Notes under the pieces: model-generated
Told to the model about the DNA's origin: nothing
What the model saw: only the letters and a program-made list of their open reading frames with translations
Databases searched by the model: none
Position numbers and translations under genes: made by a program
Shown here: positions 9,053-14,504 of the stretch, piece by piece
How positions within the stretch are numbered: position 1 is the stretch's first letter
How the letters are laid out: each line of letters begins with the position of its first letter
Assembly (NCBI RefSeq): GCF_000022265.1
Contig: NC_011979.1
Span: 240,001-272,000, forward strand
Source: Geotalea daltonii FRC-32
GTDB lineage: Bacteria > Desulfobacterota > Desulfuromonadia > Geobacterales > Geobacteraceae
DNA: 32,000 bases
Reading direction: 5' to 3'

Positions 9053-9349
9053 TCATTTGCTCCCTTTGGGCGGACGAACGATTTTCAATTTCGGGTTGCA
9101 CTTCTTGCACTGGGACTTGGGCAGGCCGTGCTTCTCGTCCCAGTCGCCGGTAGCCTTGAAGGCCGGGATTAGAGATTTGTCGCAGCGGGTGTCAAGCGAC
9201 TCCGGCACTCCGTGTTCACTGCACCAGTCTTCATAGGACCCGGGCTTAGCGCCCTTGGCACCATGGGCATCCTTGGCGGACTCGGCAGCGAAAGCGGAAA
9301 CAGAGAGAGATACGAGCAGGGCAAGTGACAGCAGGATTGAACGTTTCAT
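9053..9349 (-). CDS. Small secreted Cys/His-motif protein, paralogue of the adaptor N-terminal extension
   Basis: 98 aa from ATG 9349 (AAAGGAGAAACATC SD). Signal peptide MKRSILLSLALLVSLSVSAFA/AE. Mature part DWCSEHGVPESLDTRCDKSLIPAFKATGDWDEKHGLPKSQCKKCNP aligns without gaps to the adaptor N-terminus (23/47 identical). The 194-aa track ORF is an unsupported upstream extension. Confidence 0.7.
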   Translation of the reverse strand: MKRSILLSLALLVSLSVSAFAAESAKDAHGAKGAKPGSYEDWCSEHGVPESLDTRCDKSLIPAFKATGDWDEKHGLPKSQCKKCNPKLKIVRPPKGSK

Positions 9350-9440
9350 GATGTTTCTCCTTTTTAATAAGTTAGAAATTGTTTTCTGTGGATATAGTTC
9401 CGTGAACCCACGTATCCCGTTTAGCGGGCTTGTGGTGTGG

Positions 9441-10676
9441 TTAGTTTGTTGACCATCTTCCGTTGGCCGAGGCCAGCTCAACACCGGCATCGGCAGCTTC
9501 AAGCAGGCGCTCCAGATATTCCCGCCGTGTTTCCAGCGCATCGCGCCGGACCTGCAGCAGGGTTGAGAGATTGATCTTTCCGGCCCGGTAGCTTTCACCG
9601 GCCAAGGTTTCGTTTTCTTGCTGCAGAGCAAGTCCATCCGTTTCTACCCGACGCACTGCCTCAACTGCTGCATCATAGGTGTTGCGTGCTCCCTCTATCT
9701 CGGCGGAGATGGCAGACTGTCGGACTTCGGCAGCAATTTGCGCCCGCTGATTCTGCACACGGGCTTCCTGGATTGGGCCAGGACGTGGATTCAGGAAAGG
9801 AAGACTGACAGTGATGCCGCCGAGGGCAATGTTGTCATTCCCCTCACGTTTGTAGCTTACACGGAAAGCAAGATCGGGCAGCCGTTCCGCTTCGGCAAGG
9901 GAGATTGCGGCCCGGGAGGCCTCGACCTCGGCCCGGGCTGCCTGGAGATCGTCACGCTCCCTGGCTGTTTGGGCAGAGCGGATGGTGTCGAACAGGCTGC
10001 GCTCTTTGAGATCGCCGACAATCTGTATGTCGGCTCCTGAAGAAAGGCCAAGTGTTTTTGCCAGCGTTGTCCGTACCTGTGCAATACGTCCCCGGGCAGC
10101 GGAGATATCGCTCTCTGCCCTGGAGACCTCGGTCTGGGCGAGATTGACTTCGAATCTAGCCGCGTCACCAACGAGGAGCCGTTCTTTTGCAATACGGAGA
10201 AATTCCTCAGCCATTGTTTTGCGATCTGTGGCAAGCCGCAGCCGTTCCTCTGCCTGGAGAACCCGGTAGTAGGCGCCGACAGCCGCAGCCACCGACTGGC
10301 GCCGGACATCACCGGTTGCGTACTTCTCCCGCTGGATGCCAGCCTGGGCTACAGCTATCCGCTTGCTTCGTCTGCTTCCCAGTTCAAAGGGGATCTCAAA
10401 CCCCGCCTCGACATCAACACTGCTCTCTGTTCCGTTTCGTGGACCTGTCGCCAAGTCCAGTTTAGGATTTTCCAGCGTTCGTATCTGTGCGCCGGCAAGT
10501 CTTGCTTCACCTTCGGCAATGCGGGTAGTTGACAGTCGAACTTCCGGCGCATTATCCGCTGCAAGCTCGATCACGCGAACCAGTGTAAGAGTCCCCTTAG
10601 CCTCATCCGCAGCAATTGCAAACACTGGTAGAGCGAGCGTTGTTAGTACGGCAAAGACATACTTCTTCATTTGCAT
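9441..10676 (-). CDS. TolC-family outer-membrane efflux protein (CzcC/CusC-like)
   Basis: 411 aa. Signal peptide MQMKKYVFAVLTTLALPVFAIAADEA. Internally duplicated Ala/Glu/Arg-rich coiled-coil organisation typical of outer-membrane factors. GGAG SD. Sits in operon position upstream of the adaptor and pump. Confidence 0.9.
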   Translation of the reverse strand: MQMKKYVFAVLTTLALPVFAIAADEAKGTLTLVRVIELAADNAPEVRLSTTRIAEGEARLAGAQIRTLENPKLDLATGPRNGTESSVDVEAGFEIPFELGSRRSKRIAVAQAGIQREKYATGDVRRQSVAAAVGAYYRVLQAEERLRLATDRKTMAEEFLRIAKERLLVGDAARFEVNLAQTEVSRAESDISAARGRIAQVRTTLAKTLGLSSGADIQIVGDLKERSLFDTIRSAQTARERDDLQAARAEVEASRAAISLAEAERLPDLAFRVSYKREGNDNIALGGITVSLPFLNPRPGPIQEARVQNQRAQIAAEVRQSAISAEIEGARNTYDAAVEAVRRVETDGLALQQENETLAGESYRAGKINLSTLLQVRRDALETRREYLERLLEAADAGVELASANGRWSTN

Positions 10677-10881
10677 GAATTTCTCCGTTAATCGTGGTCA
10701 TAGAGACGACTGCTGCCAACAGGATCGCAATATACCTGGTAAACGCAATAGCTCTAAGGCTGCACGTTATTGCATAGATGCATGTATCCAGATATCCAAT
10801 ATCAACAAGACTCGATCTTGAATACACACAGGGTCAGACTGGCTGGCCGGCGTTATTTTTCAGATGAAGGTAATAGGATGG

Positions 10882-11274
10882 TTAAGCGAGGTTTTGCGGG
10901 GGAATGAATATGGGGATATGGACATCAGGCAGTTTTGTGAATTCTTCCAGAAAAATCAGTGGAGATACGGATGGGTCATAGTGGGTGGAGATCAGCGGGG
11001 CTAACGGCGCATAGTACGTGCAATAGCTACAGGTGGAACAAGTATCGATATTTGAATCGGACTTGTTCTCATCGGGGCAACAGGGGCATTCATTGTGATC
11101 AGCGTCAACCGCCCCCGAGGTTAGGCTGATGCCGGATTTTTCATGGTCTGATTCCAATTCATAACAGCAGACCGGCACCGCAAGCATCACCATTACTAAA
11201 AGCTGAACCAAAGCGACGGCCCTGCGACATGGAGGTCGGGATATGATGTTGTGGAGGCGGTTAAAAGCAAACAT
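10882..11274 (-). CDS. Membrane-anchored Cys/His-rich protein of unknown function (first gene of the efflux operon)
   Basis: 130 aa if started at ATG 11274. Hydrophobic anchor AVALVQLLVMVMLAVPVCC, then DHNECPCCPDE and DTCSTCSYCTYY clusters, and a C-terminal PIFIPPQN. No convincing SD, so the start is uncertain. Confidence 0.45.
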   Translation of the reverse strand: MFAFNRLHNIISRPPCRRAVALVQLLVMVMLAVPVCCYELESDHEKSGISLTSGAVDADHNECPCCPDENKSDSNIDTCSTCSYCTYYAPLAPLISTHYDPSVSPLIFLEEFTKLPDVHIPIFIPPQNLA

Positions 11275-11449
11275 GTCAAAATAGAAGCACAAATGTCCTG
11301 AAAATGTCAAATCAAATAACCCCTGAGATGCGAAACATATGCAGACTTTCTTTTTTTGACGAACTCCCTCAACTTCGGACATGAATGTACCGCAAAGACC
11401 AGAAGGGCGGAAAATACCGGCCAAAACGTTAAGCCCGGCCGGATATCGG

Positions 11450-11826
11450 TTGCAGTATCGATATCAAGTTTGTCCGCAGGTCGCATTCCAGTCAGGATCA
11501 TCGAATCAATTCATTACAGAGATCGACCACTTTAGTCTCTGGCTTACCCATTGCCGCCATGGCAAGTCGCAGTTTTGCTGCCGTCATTTTATAGGGCGCT
11601 CCACCTGTCCTTCCACAGGCACGAGCTGAGGCCAGTCCTGCTTTGTGCGTTCAGAAATTAGCTCCCGTTCAAACTCTGCGAGTGCTGCAAATATGCCGAA
11701 CACTAACTTGCCAGCAGGTGTCGTAGTGTCAATCGATGCCCCATGCCCGGAAAGGACTTTAAATCCTATAACTCTATTGGCCAGGTCATGGATGGTGTTT
11801 GCCAGATGAGTTATGCTCCCAGGAGG
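11450..11826 (-). pseudogene. Serine recombinase (Tn3-type resolvase/invertase) remnant
   Basis: Minus strand reads GSITHLANTIHDLANRVIGFKVLSGHGASIDTTTPAGKLVFGIFAALAEFERELISERTK. After a 1-nt frameshift near 11641-11645 it continues AGLASARACGRTGGAPYKMTAAKLRLAMAAMGKPETKVVDLCNELIR-stop. The catalytic N-terminal ~90 aa are missing (cut off at the rrf2 stop). The C-terminal HTH is internally deleted. A trace (RPADKL) continues in a third frame. Confidence 0.75.
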
Positions 11827-11831
11827 TGCCG

Positions 11832-12272
11832 TTACTTGCCGTTACCAGCCTTTTGCGCTGCTTCACTACGCAGATGCATGTTTTTAAGGGCGGCGGACAG
11901 GGTGATGGTTTCCAGTATCGCCTTGGTCACATCATCGATCTCGTTGGTGATGCTTTGCAGCTCAGAAATAATAGGGTCGGCTGCCTTGCTCCAGTGGGGG
12001 AGATCAAGCTCTGATTCCATGGTCTCAAAGAGTTGGATTATATCGAGCAGGGTGGTGCGGTTCGGATTGCCGGCGAACCGGTAGCCGCCGCCAACGCCGC
12101 GCATTGCCTGTACCACTCCCTTATGCACGAGGTTCCGCATGACCTTTGCCAGGTGATGGGTGGAAATATCGTACTTCTCGGCGATGTCGGTAGTAGAAAG
12201 CTGTTGTTCCGGGTCATCGGCCAGTTCAAGCACGGCTATGAGCCCCAGTAGGCTTGCTTTATTCAGTTTCAT
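11832..12272 (-). CDS. Rrf2-family transcriptional regulator (BadM-like, no Cys cluster)
   Basis: 146 aa. MKLNKASLLGLIAVLELA...LSTTDIAEKYDISTHHLAKVMRNLVHKGVVQAMRGVGGGYRFA is the Rrf2 winged-helix signature. It lacks the three-Cys Fe-S ligand set of IscR/NsrR. AGGAG SD. Confidence 0.9.
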   Translation of the reverse strand: MKLNKASLLGLIAVLELADDPEQQLSTTDIAEKYDISTHHLAKVMRNLVHKGVVQAMRGVGGGYRFAGNPNRTTLLDIIQLFETMESELDLPHWSKAADPIISELQSITNEIDDVTKAILETITLSAALKNMHLRSEAAQKAGNGK

Positions 12273-12314
12273 ACCAACTTTGCTCCTGTTCCGGCAGAGG
12301 TTAGTGCACTATCT

Positions 12315-12761
12315 TCAGTCAAGCTGCTTTTCCAGTTCGATGTAGCGGCCGGTACGCAATCCCATACTCCGAAGAAAAGACAGGGTCAGTTTCTGGTCCA
12401 GATTTGCCATGGTCCGGACCGTAGAGACACCTGTCTTTTCCAGGCGACTGCATATCTCATCGAACATCTGCTTACCCGTTCCTTGCTCTCGCGCATCGGG
12501 AGATACTGCAAGGGCAAAAACCCAGCCGCACGGTGGCGATCCGAACTCCCAAGCCCGTACCTCGCCGACTATGAACCCAATGACCGTGCCGGCCTTTTCG
12601 GCCACGAGAAAAATACGGTCGGCTCTTCCTTTTACCACATAGTGCTCGAAAATCCCCTGCCAGTAATCGGCCTTGTCTTTATCGGGGGTGGTCCGATCCA
12701 AAGAGATGATGGCTTCGAGATCGGTTGGCAGGGCATTTCTGATCAATAGCTTGTTGCTCAT
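12315..12761 (-). CDS. GNAT-family N-acetyltransferase (BadL-like position)
   Basis: 148 aa from ATG 12761 (alternative GTG at 12773). GNAT core FLVAEKAGTVIGFIVGEV...FALAVSPDAREQGTGKQMF (Q/RxxGxG/A-type motif). 42 nt upstream of rrf2 on the same strand. Confidence 0.85.
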   Translation of the reverse strand: MSNKLLIRNALPTDLEAIISLDRTTPDKDKADYWQGIFEHYVVKGRADRIFLVAEKAGTVIGFIVGEVRAWEFGSPPCGWVFALAVSPDAREQGTGKQMFDEICSRLEKTGVSTVRTMANLDQKLTLSFLRSMGLRTGRYIELEKQLD

Positions 12762-12880
12762 ATAATCGCTCACTTCTGCAATGTTTGACAGGCTGTTAAA
12801 GCATTGGTCGCACCCTTCGAAGGGAGGGTGCCGACTTTAGAAAATTGTTAAACGTCCGGTAACAGGCATTTCATGTAACT

Positions 12881-12916
12881 TGGTAATTAGGTACCATAAT
12901 TACCATTGGATGGCAA
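12881..12916 (-). promoter_or_regulatory. Promoter/operator module, copy G (GNAT-rrf2 operon)
   Basis: Minus strand: TTGCCA (12916-12911), 17 nt, TACCTA (12893-12888), ATTAC. Embedded perfect inverted repeat TGGTAATTA-N7-TAATTACCA (12881-12905). Confidence 0.55.
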
Positions 12917-13050
12917 GCGGTTTGAGAAAATATCTGAGCAAGGGTAACAGGAACAATGGTCTAAACAAGAAAGGGAGCCGGTTTAATCCCGCTCGCTTCA
13001 GTCGGTGTGGAGCGCTGTTCGGGAAAAATAAAAAGCGCAAGAAAAAATGC

Positions 13051-13099
13051 TTGACAGTAAAATGGTATTGTAGTACCAATTTACATAAATAATGTAACG
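13051..13099 (+). promoter_or_regulatory. Promoter/operator module, copy A (bamA)
   Basis: TTGACA (13051-13056), 17 nt ending ATTGTAG, TACCAA (13074-13079), TTTAC. About 79% identical to the bamB copy from ATTGT onward. Confidence 0.55.
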
Positions 13100-13114
13100 T
13101 TGTTTTGTAAATCG

Positions 13115-13130
13115 ATGTTGCAAGCAACAT
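13115..13130. repeat. Perfect 16-bp palindrome in the bamA leader
   Basis: ATGTTGC-aa-GCAACAT, 20 nt upstream of the bamA ATG. A second palindrome, TTACAT-aaata-ATGTAA, lies at 13081-13097. Confidence 0.5.
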
Positions 13131-13150
13131 AAAAATAAGGGGGAAAGATA

Positions 13151-14296
13151 ATGGCCACAACAGATGAGATAATTGCCAGAACCGCACCGGGACACCTGAT
13201 CGATCATAACCTGATCGACCGTGATGTGGAGAGCCTCTGCGACGGCATGGTCCGTTACGAGAAACGTCCGGCCAAGCGCCACGACGGCAGCGTCGCTGAA
13301 GGAATCTACAATGCCTGGATCATCTTCAACAACCCGAAGCAATACAACTCCTACACGACGGAAATGGTCAAGGCCACCATCCTCGCCTTCCGCAGAGCTT
13401 CCGCCGACCGTGAGGTAAATGCTGTCGTGTTTACCGGAGTTGGCGACAAGGCATTCTGTACCGGCGGCAACACCAAAGAGTACGCCGAGTACTATGCCGG
13501 CAACCCCCAGGAGTACCGTCAGTACATGCGGCTCTTTAACGACATGGTTTCCGCCATCCTCGGTTGTGACAGGCCGGTGGTCTGCCGGGTCAACGGCATG
13601 CGCATCGGCGGTGGCCAGGAAATCGGCATGGCCTGCGACTTCAGTATCGCCCAGGACTTGGCCAATTTCGGCCAGGCTGGCCCCAAACACGGTTCAGCCG
13701 CCATCGGCGGCGCTACCGATTTCCTCCCGCTGATGATCGGCTGCGAACAAGCAATGGTCTCCGGTACGCTGTGTGAGCCATTTTCCGCCCATAAGGCAGC
13801 ACGGCTCGGCATCATCGCCGATGTGGTTCCCGCTCTCAAAGTGGGGGGCAAGCTGGTTGCCAACCCGACCGTTGTCACCGACCGCTTTCTTGATGAGTAC
13901 GGCCGCATCGTCCATGGTGAGTTCAAGACCGGCGCCGATTTCAAGGCCGGGCAGGCCCAGATCAAGGAAGGAGAGGTTGATCTCACCCTCCTCGATCAGA
14001 AGGTCGACGAGCTGTGCGCCAAGCTGCTGGAAACCTTCCCGGAATGCATGACCAAGAGTCTGGAAGAGCTGCGCAAGCCGAAGCTTCAGGCGTGGAATCT
14101 CAACAAGGAAAATTCCCGCGCCTGGCTGGCATTGAACATGATGAACGAAGCACGAACCGGCTTCAGAGCTTTCAATGAAGGCACCAAGGAGACCGGCCGT
14201 GAGATCGACTTTGTCAAGCTGCGCCAGGGATTGGCCAAGGGCACTCCTTGGACCGAGGAATTGATTGAGAGCCTGATGCCGGCGGTGAAAAAATAA
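13151..14296 (+). CDS. bamA: 6-oxocyclohex-1-ene-1-carbonyl-CoA hydrolase (ring-cleaving, crotonase superfamily)
   Basis: 381 aa with an AAGGGGGA SD. Crotonase fold (VVFTGVGDKAFCTGGN, RVNGMRIGGGQEIGMACDF) plus the long BamA/Oah-specific C-terminal extension. Located immediately upstream of bamB. Confidence 0.93.
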   Translation: MATTDEIIARTAPGHLIDHNLIDRDVESLCDGMVRYEKRPAKRHDGSVAEGIYNAWIIFNNPKQYNSYTTEMVKATILAFRRASADREVNAVVFTGVGDKAFCTGGNTKEYAEYYAGNPQEYRQYMRLFNDMVSAILGCDRPVVCRVNGMRIGGGQEIGMACDFSIAQDLANFGQAGPKHGSAAIGGATDFLPLMIGCEQAMVSGTLCEPFSAHKAARLGIIADVVPALKVGGKLVANPTVVTDRFLDEYGRIVHGEFKTGADFKAGQAQIKEGEVDLTLLDQKVDELCAKLLETFPECMTKSLEELRKPKLQAWNLNKENSRAWLALNMMNEARTGFRAFNEGTKETGREIDFVKLRQGLAKGTPWTEELIESLMPAVKK

Positions 14297-14307
14297 CAGC
14301 GATATAT

Positions 14308-14351
14308 GCGCCCGGTACCCTCTTTCACAGATTGGTCGCGGTGCCGGGCGC
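14308..14351 (+). terminator. Stem-loop after bamA (possible weak terminator or insulator)
   Basis: GCGCCCGGTAC (14308-14318) pairs with GTGCCGGGCGC (14341-14351), 11 bp including one G-U. The loop is 22 nt and no T-run follows. Confidence 0.25.
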
Positions 14352-14400
14352 AAAGATAGAAACAGATCTTCTAAAAAAACAGCTCAAAATAAAATAACGT

Positions 14401-14450
14401 TTGACTTAAAATAAGCATTGTGGTACTAAATTACTTAAAGAACGTAAACG
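14401..14450 (+). promoter_or_regulatory. Promoter/operator module, copy B (bamBCDEFGHI)
   Basis: TTGACT (14401-14406), 17 nt ending ATTGTGG (which supplies a TGn extended -10), TACTAA (14424-14429), ATTAC. 55-100 nt upstream of the bamB ATG. Confidence 0.55.
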
Positions 14451-14504
14451 AGGCATCCTTCCTAGTCGGAGCCCGTATCAAGGTAACCTGCGAGGGGTAA
14501 CAAT

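Noticed and set aside
9350-9637. N-terminal 96-aa extension of the small secreted protein (track ORF of 194 aa). Likewise 11275-11424 for the Cys-rich protein and 1755-1805 for the ligase.
   Set aside because: The extensions overlap the upstream gene or lack an SD. The internal ATG at 9349 has a strong SD and is followed immediately by a signal peptide.
10785-10805. Three direct TATCCA/TATCAA repeats (8- and 7-bp period) upstream of the outer-membrane-factor gene
   Set aside because: Too short, and irregularly spaced for a confident response-regulator site. No cognate regulator in the window.
11307-11501. 64-aa minus-strand ORF
   Set aside because: It is the out-of-frame tail of the decayed resolvase gene (a trace of the ...RPDGEKL... 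C-terminus), not an independent gene.
12807-12835. Palindrome CCCTTCGAAGGG and overlapping stem GTCGCACCCT/AGGGTGcCGAC in the GNAT-bamA intergenic region
   Set aside because: No T-run on either strand, no gene ends nearby, and no second copy. Function is not inferable.
12998-14353. Minus-strand ORFs 12998-13690 (230 aa) and 13694-14353 (219 aa)
   Set aside because: Antisense to bamA. The first would also run through the bamA promoter region.
14430-14504. Possible molybdenum/tungsten-cofactor riboswitch in the bamB leader
   Set aside because: The leader is only about 70 nt and lacks the multi-stem architecture and conserved blocks I associate with the Moco RNA motif.
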